Source: an uncultured bacterium
GTDB taxonomy: Bacteria > Acidobacteriota > HRBIN11 > JAKEFK01
Direction: 5' to 3'
NCBI GenBank assembly: GCA_963771165.1
Contig: CAVYSN010000004.1
Span: 30,114-94,113, forward strand
DNA: 64,000 bases
Positions within the stretch are counted from its first letter, which is position 1, and each line of letters begins with the position of its first letter. Below, one piece after another: positions 19,104 to 28,018 of the stretch. The notes beneath the pieces were generated by a model. It was given only the letters and a program-made list of their open reading frames with translations, searched no databases and was not told the DNA's origin. The position numbers and the translations under genes are program-made.

Positions 19104-19379
19104 ATGAACGGACAAACAGGCAAAAATAGTTTCAAATTGGGAGATTTGATCGCTGCTTTATTTGAGGAAGCCCGGGTTCTCACATCAGATCGCGGTGAAC
19201 AGACTGTACTTGTGTACGCTGCACTCAAAGATCTATTGCGCGGAAAGGTTCGTCCTGCTCATCCCATCGCTTTGAAGGTCGGCGCCCGGATGACCGACTG
19301 GACACTGAACATTATTACGGGCCTACACGGCCGAGTCGCAGTGACGCAAAAGCAGCGAGGCCGCAGCTTGACAGTTTAA
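19104..19379 (+). CDS. Hypothetical small protein
   Basis: A 91-aa ORF with GGAGGG 6 nt upstream. I recognise no family. Confidence 0.3.
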   Translation: MNGQTGKNSFKLGDLIAALFEEARVLTSDRGEQTVLVYAALKDLLRGKVRPAHPIALKVGARMTDWTLNIITGLHGRVAVTQKQRGRSLTV

Positions 19380-19384
19380 GGGTC

Positions 19385-19475
19385 GTGTAAGAAAGGGGAT
19401 GTGGAGATGAGCTCTTTAATTTTTTACTGGAATCATTTCCTCATCTCAATTATCCCCACATCCCCCTTCTTACAC
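19385..19475. repeat. GGGGATGTGG-family hairpin element (F4)
   Basis: gtgtaagaaaggggatgtggagatgag ... ctcatctcaattatccccacatcccccttcttacac. The 5' arm contains no C. Confidence 0.85.
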
Positions 19476-19492
19476 AGAAAAGCAAACTCTTG

Positions 19493-19521
19493 AGCAGGGC
19501 ATTGGCCCACAATGCCCTGCT
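19493..19521. repeat. Perfect 11-bp hairpin (unique in the window)
   Basis: AGCAGGGCATT-ggcccac-AATGCCCTGCT. Confidence 0.6.
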
Positions 19522-19526
19522 TTCAG

Positions 19527-19583
19527 TAGGGGCGCAATTCATTGCGCTCGCACACGTCGGGCGCGATGAATCGCGCCCCTACT
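19527..19583. repeat. REPIN-like inverted doublet of REP-A
   Basis: gtaggggcgcaattcattgcgc ... gggcgcgatgaatcgcgcccctac. The outer 10-nt arms GTAGGGGCGC/GCGCCCCTAC are perfect complements. Confidence 0.8.
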
Positions 19584-19626
19584 AACTTCCTTTTTACCGA
19601 TTCCCCAGATTAATATTCTTCTTGTC

Positions 19627-21580
19627 ATGACCAAGTACTATGTAACAACTCCCATTTACTACATCAACGGACTACCACACATAGGGCATGCCTTTACGAC
19701 TGTGCTGTCCGATGCCATCGCCAGATATCACCGTTTACTGGGTCATGATGTTTTTTTCCTTACGGGAACAGACGAACATGGCCAGAAAGCCGAGAAAGCC
19801 GCCAGGGAACTGGAAATTTCACCGCAAGAATTGACCGACCGAATCGTTCCGACCTTCCGAGATTTATGGAAGCTTTTGAACATTTCAAACACGGACTTTA
19901 TTCGAACGACTGAAAAGAGACATCGCGAGGGTGTGGAAGAAATATTCCGGCGTTCTCATACCAACGGCGACATTTATCTTGGATCGTATGAAGGCTGGTA
20001 TTGCACTTACGATGAAAATTTTCTGACGGATGGACAACTGGTGGACGGAAAATGTCCCGACTGCCGGCGACCGGTGGAACGCATCCAAGAAGAAAGTTAC
20101 TTTTTCCGTCTCTCAAAATTCCAAGAACCTCTGCTGAACTTCTACAGAAAGAATCCTGATTTTGTCGTTCCCCGTTCCCGTTTCAATGAGGTCATCAGTT
20201 TCGTGCAAGGCGGCTTGCGCGATTTAAGCATTAGCCGCGTGAAGTTGAAATGGGGTATTCCGGTGCCGATCAATCCGGAACATGTGATCTATGTTTGGTT
20301 TGATGCCCTTTCCAACTACGTTACAGCCACGGGATTCCCAACCGACCAGGAAAAATACAAACGTTACTGGCCTGCTGACCTGCATGTGATCGGAAAAGAT
20401 ATTCTGCGATTTCATTGCGTCTACTGGCCGGCCTTTTTGCTATCTGCCGGCCTCCCGTTGCCGAAGCAAGCTCTGGTTCATGGATGGTGGCTGAAAGAAG
20501 ATGAAAAAATCTCCAAATCGCGCGGCAATGTTGTGGATCCGCATTCTTTGGTCAGCAATTTTGGAGTGGATGGACTTCGTTATTTCCTGATCCGCGAAGC
20601 GCCACTGGAAGGGGACAGCAATTATTCCTTCAACACAATTTTGAAACGGGTGAACAGCGATCTTGCAAACGATCTTGGAAATCTTGCCAGCAGAATCCTC
20701 ACAATGGTGGAACGCTATTCGGCAGGAAAAATTCCCGGTGTGGCTGCAACTCGTGCCCCTTTTCAAGATTCTCTCGAAAACATTGTGTCGCGAGTGCCTC
20801 AATATATCGCCGAGTTCACTCTGTCTCGTCTGCTCGCTGACATCTGGAGCATCGTAACAGCGATGAACAGATACATCGTTGAGGAACAACCGTGGAATCT
20901 CGCAAAAACGCCTGAGACCCGCGGGCGTCTGGAAGAGGTATTGTACAACAGCTGCGAAGGCCTGCGCATCATATGCAGGGTTGATCGCACCCGTCATTCC
21001 CGATTCCTCGGACTCGATCTGGGAACAGATCGGGTTGGGACGAACAGCTGCAAAAGCACGGATCGAGGATTTACAATGGGGCAGATTGCAGCCCGGAACC
21101 ACCATCGGCAAGATCACACCAATCTTTCCGCGCATCGAATTTAACCACCAAGACGCCAAAGTCACCAAGATCACACAGAAAAATCATTTAATCCCTGGCG
21201 AAAATGGCGATCTTGGCGCCATGGCGGTGAAAGAACCGGCAAAAGAAGAAAGTTCGGCGGATGCGACGATTGAAGACTTTCAAAAACTCGGATTGAAAGT
21301 GGGCGAGATTAAAAGCGCTGAAAAAATTAAAGGATCGAAGAAACTATTGAAGTTGAGCGTGGATCTCGGTTCGGAGACCCGGCAGCTTGTAGCCGGCATC
21401 GCGGAAGCTTACGCGGCGGAAGAATTGATCGGCAAACAGGTGATCGTTGTTTCCAATTTGAAGCCGACAAAAATCATGGGGGTTGAATCCAATGGAATGG
21501 TTCTGGCCGCCTCCATCGATGGAAAACCGGTACTCGCTTCCGTAACAGCAAAAGTCCCGAACGGAACGATTGTAAAATAA
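19627..21580 (+). CDS. metG: Methionine--tRNA ligase with C-terminal tRNA-binding domain; one frame break near 20972
   Basis: PIYYINGLPHIGHAFT is the HIGH region and KISKSRGNVVDP is KMSKS. The C-terminus reads KLLKLSVDLGSETRQLVAGIAEAY...VVSNLKPTKIMGVESNGMVLAA. Removing one nt at ~20972 gives ...LRIIAGLIAPVIP. Confidence 0.95.
21141..21230. repeat. CGCCAAG-family word-hairpin (F8) embedded in frame in the metG linker
   Basis: ttaaccaccaagacgccaaagtcaccaagatcacacag / ctggcgaaaatggcgatcttggcgccatggcggtga is translated as NHQDAKVTKITQKNHLIPGENGDLGAMAV. It has the same grammar as 277..338. Confidence 0.6.
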
Positions 21581-21583
21581 CGC

Positions 21584-22586
21584 ATGCGAGAGCCGAAGTA
21601 CGCGCTTGTGCTTTCAGACCTGCACTTCGGCGACTCGAGATGTTCTCTCCACTCGATGCAAATCGCACACGCTCTCGTTCAGCGGTTGAAGAATTATCAG
21701 CCCCTTGAAGAAATCTTTCTGCTGGGTGACATTCTGGATCTTCAGCTTGCCACCTGGTCACAGGCGATCGAAGGACGAATTCTGGATGGACCGGCTAAAC
21801 GGACCGTCGGCTTCCGCTACTTCTTGAATTTTCTAATTCGTGAAACCAACGCAAAGCTCATCACATACATTCCAGGCAATCATGATTATAAAATCTTTGA
21901 TTACCATTCCATTGACCGACATCTGATTCTGCCGTTGAAGCACGGCAAGAAACTTTCAGGAAAAGTTTCCTTCTTCCGAAACTTTACTCCCAGCTTTTTG
22001 CAAGGACTACTGGAATCAACAGACGCTCAATTTCGTGTCATTTATCCGCACCATATTCTGCGCGTTTCCGGCGCTCGAATTCTTCTTACACACGGCCACT
22101 ATTTCGACTCCTCTCAATCTTTTTATCAGGAAATCGCAAAGGCCTTTCCGCCTCCGGTCGAAAAAGAACAAATTCCAAAACTCACGAAAAACGTTCTTCA
22201 GCCGCGCATCCGCTTATCAAAATCTTGTCAGTGGACTCTCGATTCAGCCGCGGCTCCGAACGATTTTCAATTCCATTTACCAACCGGTCACTTCGATGAA
22301 ACAAAAGCTGGGGCACCGAAACCGGAAAACATTTCTGACCCGGGTCATGCGCCGCAACATCGAATCCTACGTGGCTTTTTGCTGTCGAGGTAAAGTGGAT
22401 GGAGTCATATTCGGCCACACACATCATCCCGGCAAAGCTTCTTTTCACGATAGTCCGATCCGCCATGTTTGGAATTCCGGAACCTTTCTGCGGGAATCAC
22501 CGAACTCACCCCCGGGAAGTTTCTTGACTCTGAATTTGAATGGATCCTCCGGGATGGAGGATGCGGTAAAAGTTCACCTGCTATAA
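21584..22586 (+). CDS. Metallophosphoesterase (calcineurin-like), one frame break near 22190
   Basis: LVLSDLHFGD, LLGDILD, IPGNHD, LLTHGH, and GVIFGHTHHPG in the second piece. Confidence 0.75.
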
Positions 22587-22593
22587 TTGCAAT

Positions 22594-23211
22594 ATGTCTT
22601 ACGTCCGGCAGATGCTCGGTCCCGATGAAACGATTCTGTTTGTATCACGAAGACATGCCTTCGTGTTAATGGGGCAATTCTTCAAAGAACTTCTTGTTCT
22701 CGCAGTGTTGATTGCCGGATGGATTGTGATCCGGAATGACGCTGACCTGTTCTGGTTGCAAGTTGCCCTGGGCCTTCTTGCGTTACTGGTTCTTGGTTCC
22801 ATGCTGATGGACTGGATCCGCTGGAACAGTGAAGCGTTCTACATAACCAACCGCCGCGTAATCCATACAAGTGGCGTGTTCAGCAAAAAAATTCTGGACT
22901 CTTCCATCTCCAAAATCAATGATGTGATTCTGGAACAATCATTTCTTGGACGAATTTTTGACTACGGGACGATCAAAATCCTGACTGCCACAGAAGAAGT
23001 CATCAACCGGGTGGATAAAATCGCCCGGCCTCTCGACTTCAAGAAAGCCATGCTGGGAGCCAAAGCCAATCTCGAGCCGATGGCGGGGACTCCGGTCTTG
23101 AACACATCACCCACGCAGCTTCTGGAAGAACTGGCTCAGCTGAAAGCAAAAAACCTGATCTCAGAAGAAGAATATAACGAAAAAAGAAAAGAGATCCTGA
23201 AAAGGATGTAG
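22594..23211 (+). CDS. Membrane bPH_2 (DUF304/YdbT-like) protein with C-terminal SHOCT motif
   Basis: Two TM helices are followed by FYITNRRVIHTSGVFSKKILDSSISKINDV. The C-terminus is LISEEEYNEKRKEILKRM. Confidence 0.7.
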   Translation: MSYVRQMLGPDETILFVSRRHAFVLMGQFFKELLVLAVLIAGWIVIRNDADLFWLQVALGLLALLVLGSMLMDWIRWNSEAFYITNRRVIHTSGVFSKKILDSSISKINDVILEQSFLGRIFDYGTIKILTATEEVINRVDKIARPLDFKKAMLGAKANLEPMAGTPVLNTSPTQLLEELAQLKAKNLISEEEYNEKRKEILKRM

Positions 23212-23233
23212 TGTCATTTGCAAGAGAGTTTCT

Positions 23234-23756
23234 ATGGTTTACCGAATTCTTATAACATTTCTTCTAATACCAGCTCTCGCTTTTTCCTACACTGTTGTGC
23301 GAAAAGACGGAAAAGTTTTTTCAGGCAAGCTTGTCGTTGAAACTTCGTCGGAAATCACACTGAAGGATCAGGAAGGAGTGACAATTAAGTTCAAAAAAGA
23401 ACAAATCGATTGGGATAAGACAACGATTGAACGTCAAAAAGTGGATGAAAAGGACAGAGTACTGGACCTTTCAAGACCTCAGTCAAAGGTGGTCGAAGTC
23501 CGGCGCGTGGAGGAAGAGAAGCAAAAATGGACCGGTGATCCGATCAGCATCGATTTTAAAGACATCGACATTCGTGATCTTTTCCGCTTTCTTGCCGAAA
23601 CAGGAGAATTTGAATCTGGTCGTGGACCCTGGTGTAAAAGGAACCGTTACGATCAAGATGACCGATGTTCCGTGGGACCAAGTCCTCGATGTTATTTGCA
23701 AAATGCATGGTCTGGGTTACACAATCGATGGGAATGTTGTGAGCATCAGCAAATAA
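23234..23756 (+). CDS. Small secreted protein carrying a PilQ-type N0 domain; one frame break near 23600
   Basis: A signal peptide is followed by ISIDFKDIDIRDLFRFLAETGEF|NLVVDPGVKGTVTIKMTDVPWDQVLDVICKMHGLGYTIDGNVVSI, which resembles the secretin N0 region. Confidence 0.55.
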
Positions 23757-23767
23757 GGAGTGAAAAG

Positions 23768-24131
23768 ATGGCAAAAAAAGCTAACGTTTACTGGCGCGCC
23801 ACTTGAACGACCTGCCAGAAGGCGGTTGCTTTCTTAAAAGGTGAGCTGGGTTACAAAGATGTAAAGTTTCGAGACCTCAAAGATCAACCACTCAAGAAAA
23901 CGGAACTGCAACAGCTCGCAAAAAAAGCCGGGTGGCGTGGACAAAATTTTTTCACGAAGAGCCATAAAATACCGGACACTTGGATTGGCGGACAAGAATC
24001 TCACGGATGACCAGAAGCTGGATTGGATGTCAAAAGAATATACGTTGATCGCGCGTCCGGTCATCGACGCGGACGGGAAGGTCGTCGCCGGCTTCTCCAA
24101 ACGCAACTACACGGAGATTTTAGGATCTTAA
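23768..24131 (+). CDS. ArsC/Spx/YffB-family thioredoxin-fold protein with in-frame TGA (UxxC) and one frame break near 23930
   Basis: MAKKANVYWRAT-TGA-TTCQKAVAFLKGELGYKDVKFRDL... stays in the same frame across TGA 23804..23806. The C-terminus reads YRTLGL...LIARPVIDADGKVVAGFSKRNY. Dropping one G from GGG near 23930 restores the frame. Confidence 0.7.
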
Positions 24132-24146
24132 CGCAGAGGCACAGAG
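24128..24146. repeat. Solo 5' arm of the CACAGAG family (F1); contains the ArsC-like stop codon
   Basis: ttaacgcagaggcacagag has no complementary arm downstream. Confidence 0.5.
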
Positions 24147-24163
24147 ATTTTCTATTCCTTTCA

Positions 24164-24198
24164 ATCTGAAATCTAGGATCTGAAATCCGAAATCTTAT
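24164..24198. repeat. Five tandem degenerate 7-mers
   Basis: ATCTGAA ATCTAGG ATCTGAA ATCCGAA ATCTTAT. Confidence 0.7.
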
Positions 24199-24482
24199 CT
24201 GGGGGCTTTGCCAAGAACGTTCAGTTCTTCTTCGTAGTAACGGCGGTAAAGAACCGACCATTCCTGACCACCTTCGGGGATTTTTCTCTTAAATGAAGCA
24301 ATCCTGTCGCGCACTTTTTGATCCAGCGCTTCATCCACCTTTAATCGCGCATTGATCAGCTTCATTACTTCCAGCCGGATCTCATTGAGATCTGTCTTCA
24401 AAATGACTTCCGGATCCACGCGCAAGGCTTCCGCAACTTGATGGGAAATCCTGGTAACTTTTTCTCTGCTTAAACGTAACAT
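24195..24482 (-). CDS. DUF507 family protein
   Basis: 95 aa; LSREKVTRISHQVAEAL...EIRLEVMKLINARLKVDEALDQKVRDRI is the typical DUF507 pattern. Confidence 0.7.
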   Translation of the reverse strand: MLRLSREKVTRISHQVAEALRVDPEVILKTDLNEIRLEVMKLINARLKVDEALDQKVRDRIASFKRKIPEGGQEWSVLYRRYYEEELNVLGKAPR

Positions 24483-24760
24483 TAGAAAATCAAATTCCTT
24501 TCCCGCTGCAATTTTGCTTTCACGCGCTTAAACATCTCGTGATACTGCACATTGGCTGCCTGAATTTCGTCGTTATGGTCGGTCAGAATTTGACGGACCT
24601 CCTCATCGATCCGGTCCTCTACCATCAGCTCCTCGAGGATGACGTTTTGAATCAACTGTACCAACTTATCTCTCTCAGGATAGGAAATGAAATCTCTCGA
24701 GAAGAGATCGGCCACGATTTGAGACGCTATGTCCTCGACCATTCTCTTTGGCACACGCAT
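24482..24760 (-). CDS. DUF507 family protein (paralogous partner)
   Basis: MRVPKRMVEDIASQIVADLFSRDFI...VEDRIDEEVRQIL. The start is trimmed to ATG 24760, which has GGAG upstream. Confidence 0.7.
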   Translation of the reverse strand: MRVPKRMVEDIASQIVADLFSRDFISYPERDKLVQLIQNVILEELMVEDRIDEEVRQILTDHNDEIQAANVQYHEMFKRVKAKLQRERNLIF

Positions 24761-24877
24761 TACACATACTCCACTTAAGACAAATATATATCTTAGCAAA
24801 TCCGCATCCACCTTACAACGAATGCTCTAACGCGTAGCGTCTCATTGTGCTGCAGTGGTAGAAATGTTGCGTGAATT

Positions 24878-24904
24878 TTTGTAGCGCCCGCGTCTCGCTG
24901 GCAG
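24878..24904. repeat. REP-B copy (GTAGCGCCCGCGTCTCGC...)
   Basis: tttgtagcgcccgcgtctcgctggcag is the reverse-orientation match to 40955 and 44982. Confidence 0.7.
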
Positions 24905-25369
24905 ACCATTCGATGCTGATGGTAAGGGCACAAGTGATCTGGATGTCACGCTGGTGAGCGCTGAAGTTCATGAAAAACTGATCAGGAGGCGTTTTACATC
25001 CCCAAGCTTCACACGAAACCGTTGGGGGATAAGGATCCGAACATTGCCCCTTCTTACGCTTCACACGGATGAAAAAGGCTACACTTTTCCGACCTGGGAT
25101 CCTCATGTGCGATTGGATTATATTATTCGTCCCTTCACCTTTCTTGCATCAATTGCATCAGAGTCAGGTTATTTCGCAGCCTCCTGCCGGGACGGCATCG
25201 GATCACTTCCCTCTTCTGTCACGGTTAGACATTCCGGATTTGTAGGCTTTCTCGGCGGGAGGGACGCCCGCACCACCTTGATTCGGGTGTCTTTCGCATT
25301 ACAAAACGTTGTGGATAGGCGCCAAAAAAAGTACTCTTAATAATAGAACCAATTCAGGGGTGTACAAAA

Positions 25370-26471
25370 ATGGGATTATTTTCGCGTAAAGAGGAGTCTG
25401 TCGTGAACGAAACGGCGGTCCTGAATGAGCTCAGAAAAATACAGGATCCGGACCTTCATAAAGATGTTGTTTCACTTGGTTTCATCAAGAATATTGAGAT
25501 CAAAGGCTCCGAAGTCAGTTTTGATTTTGTTTTAACCACTCCCGCATGTCCGGCGAAAGATGTCATGCGCGATGATGCAATCAGACTCGTGGGAATGCTC
25601 CCCGGAGTAAGCTCTGTGAACGTCAACATGCAGGCTGAGGTTAAGACAACAGCCCGCGTTCAGTAAGAACTCCATAGCCGGCGTCAAAAACATTATTGCA
25701 GTTTGCAGCGGAAAAGGTGGAGTCGGCAAATCGACCGTCAGCGCCAATTTAGCAGCCGCGATGGCGAAAGCCGGCGCCAAGGTTGGTTTGCTCGATGCAG
25801 ACATTTACGGCCCCACGATTCCAATCATGATGGGGAAAGTGGGAAGCAATATCGAGACCCACGGAAATCTTCTTCTTCCGATCGAGGCACACGGACTGAA
25901 ATTCATGTCGATGGGATTGATGGCGCCCGGGGACAAGCCTTTGATCTGGCGCGGACCCATGGCACACAAAGCGCTTCAACAAACATTGTTGGGAGTCGAA
26001 TGGGGTGAACTCGATTACATGTTCGTAGATTTGCCGCCGGGAACAGGCGATGTTCATTTAACTCTGGTCCAATCCATATCACTGACAGGCGCGGTGCTCG
26101 TTTCCACCCCGCAGGATGTGGGCCTTACAATCTCCATGAAAACCTACCGTATGTTCGTTGAAACCAAAGTTCCCATTCTTGGAATCATCGAAAACATGAG
26201 CTATTACGTCTGTTCGCACTGCGGAAACAAAGAAGATATTTTCGGACATGGAATCGTTCGAGAGGCGGCGGAAAAATTGGAAATTCCTTTTCTGGGAGAA
26301 ATTCCCCTGGATCGAGCGATCCGGGAAATGTCTGATCGCGGTTCACCGGTTGTTCTCTCCCGGCCCGAATCGTCTTCTGCAAAAGCATTTGACAATATTA
26401 TCGGCAAGCTGGCTGCTCAAATCAGTATTGCGAATTACAGCGCGCAACCGTTGGAAATCATTGACGAATAA
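25370..26471 (+). CDS. apbC: Fe-S cluster carrier ATPase Mrp/ApbC (DUF59 plus ParA-like P-loop); frame break near 25665
   Basis: The N-terminal DUF59 reads DPDLHKDVVSLGFIKNIEI...TTPACPAKD. It is followed by NIIAVCSGKGGVGKSTVSANLA and CSHCGNKEDIFG. Confidence 0.9.
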
Positions 26472-26507
26472 ACAATACCGGCTAGCCGCCGGTGGTACAT
26501 CGAAAGA

Positions 26508-26828
26508 ATGAAAACGGATCCTACCAAACCGGTTGAGCTGAAGAAACAGGGGCAGGACCATTTCAAGATCCGATGGGAAGATGATCATCTCAGCACTTAC
26601 ACCTTCCGTTATATCCGGCAGAACTGCGGGTGCGCCGGATGCAAAAATGAATTGACCGGCGAAGCTCTTCTGGATCCTGAATCGATCGCACAGGATTTGA
26701 AAGGTTTGAAAGTTGATCTCGTTGGAAACTATGCACTGCACTTCAGTTTTTCCGATCATCATTCCACAGGCATCTATCCATTTAAGGTTTTAAGAGAACT
26801 TTGCCCGTGCGATGAATGTGTATCGTAA
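26508..26828 (+). CDS. DUF971 family protein
   Basis: 106 aa; FKIRWEDDHLSTYTFRYIRQNCGCAGC ... YALHFSFSDHHSTGIYPF. DUF971 is commonly adjacent to mrp/apbC. Confidence 0.8.
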   Translation: MKTDPTKPVELKKQGQDHFKIRWEDDHLSTYTFRYIRQNCGCAGCKNELTGEALLDPESIAQDLKGLKVDLVGNYALHFSFSDHHSTGIYPFKVLRELCPCDECVS

Positions 26829-26901
26829 TTGTAGATCTCGTAGCTGTAGGGGCGTGTCTGAGACCCACCTTCTGTAAAACTGATACAATCACTTTAGCTT
26901 C

Positions 26902-27957
26902 ATGGTCGATCAAATAGATCCGTCAAAGATCAAGAAAATTGCCATCAACACGGGTGGTGGTGACGCTCCCGGTCTCAATGCGGTCATTCGCGCAGCAACG
27001 CTTGCCAGTTTACGACAAGGTTGGGAAGTCTGGGGTATCGGCCACGGATATCGCGGATTGTTTGATATGCAGGGCTTGATTCCCTTAACGCGCGACCGTG
27101 TGCGAGGTATTACGCATCTGGGAGGAACGATTCTGGGAACAGCCAATCGAGGCAATCCGTTTGAATTCCCGGTTAAGACAGAGCAAGGAACAACGGTGGT
27201 CGACATCTCCGATCACATCGTCGAAAACTTTCACCGCGCCGGTTTTGATGTCCTGATCTGCATCGGCGGCGATGGTTCACTCCGCATCGCCCAGAAGTTT
27301 ATTGAGAAAGGAATTCCCATCATCGGCGTCCCAAAAACAATCGATAACGATCTCGCTGGAACGATCATTACATTTGGTTTTGATACAGCGGTAACGACCG
27401 CAACGGACGCCATCGACAAAGTCCATTCCACGGCAGAATCTCATGAACGGGTCATGGTGGTTGAAGTGATGGGCCGTTACGCAGGCTGGATCGCTTTGCA
27501 TTCCGGCTTGTCCGGCTCTGCCGATGTCATCTTGATTCCCGAAATACCATTTGATATGAAAAAGGTATGTGAAAAAATCTGGGAACGGGAAAATTCAGGG
27601 AAACATTTTACAATCATTGTCTGTGCGGAAGGAGCACATCCGTTGGGTCAGGGAATCATCACAAAAGGAGATAAGGAAGCCGGAAGTGAGGTTTTACTGG
27701 GCGGTATCGCCGAATGTGTAGCCAAAGAAGTCTCACGTTTGACCGGGAAAGAAACCCGTTCGCTTGTTCTGGGACACTTGCAACGAGGCGGTAGTCCGAC
27801 TACATTTGATCGATTGTTGGGACTTCGTTTTGGCGCCGCCGCCGTCCGGTGTATTCTAGAGGGTCAGTGCAACGTGATGGTTGCGCTGGATCCTCCAGGT
27901 GTGAAAACGATTCCAATCAACGATGCCATCAAGGAAATGAAACTGCGTCCCTCTTGA
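26902..27957 (+). CDS. pfk: 6-phosphofructokinase (ATP- or PPi-dependent)
   Basis: IAINTGGGDAPGLNAVIRA, ICIGGDGSLRIA, GVPKTIDNDL, MGRYAGWIAL. Confidence 0.9.
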   Translation: MVDQIDPSKIKKIAINTGGGDAPGLNAVIRAATLASLRQGWEVWGIGHGYRGLFDMQGLIPLTRDRVRGITHLGGTILGTANRGNPFEFPVKTEQGTTVVDISDHIVENFHRAGFDVLICIGGDGSLRIAQKFIEKGIPIIGVPKTIDNDLAGTIITFGFDTAVTTATDAIDKVHSTAESHERVMVVEVMGRYAGWIALHSGLSGSADVILIPEIPFDMKKVCEKIWERENSGKHFTIIVCAEGAHPLGQGIITKGDKEAGSEVLLGGIAECVAKEVSRLTGKETRSLVLGHLQRGGSPTTFDRLLGLRFGAAAVRCILEGQCNVMVALDPPGVKTIPINDAIKEMKLRPS

Positions 27958-28018
27958 TTGTGATACGGTCCTGACGGCACGCTCGCTAGGTATATCTTTC
28001 GGCGATTGACGATCCTGA

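Noticed and set aside
24812-25369. tRNA-Sec, tmRNA, RNase P RNA, or a TPP or cobalamin riboswitch in the long non-coding gap
   Set aside because: Three partial resemblances looked promising: CTGCGA...AACCTGA to the TPP core, GTTCGGATCC to a T-loop, and ACTTCAGC to a UCA anticodon loop. In each case the required flanking helices and conserved blocks are missing. This cannot be called without a covariance-model scan.
26831-26870. Three closely spaced GTAG motifs (ttGTAGatctcGTAGctGTAGgggcgtgtctgagaccc), a possible additional REP copy
   Set aside because: The sequence following the last GTAG has no convincing palindrome, and only the GTAGGGGCG head matches REP-A. This is too weak to call.
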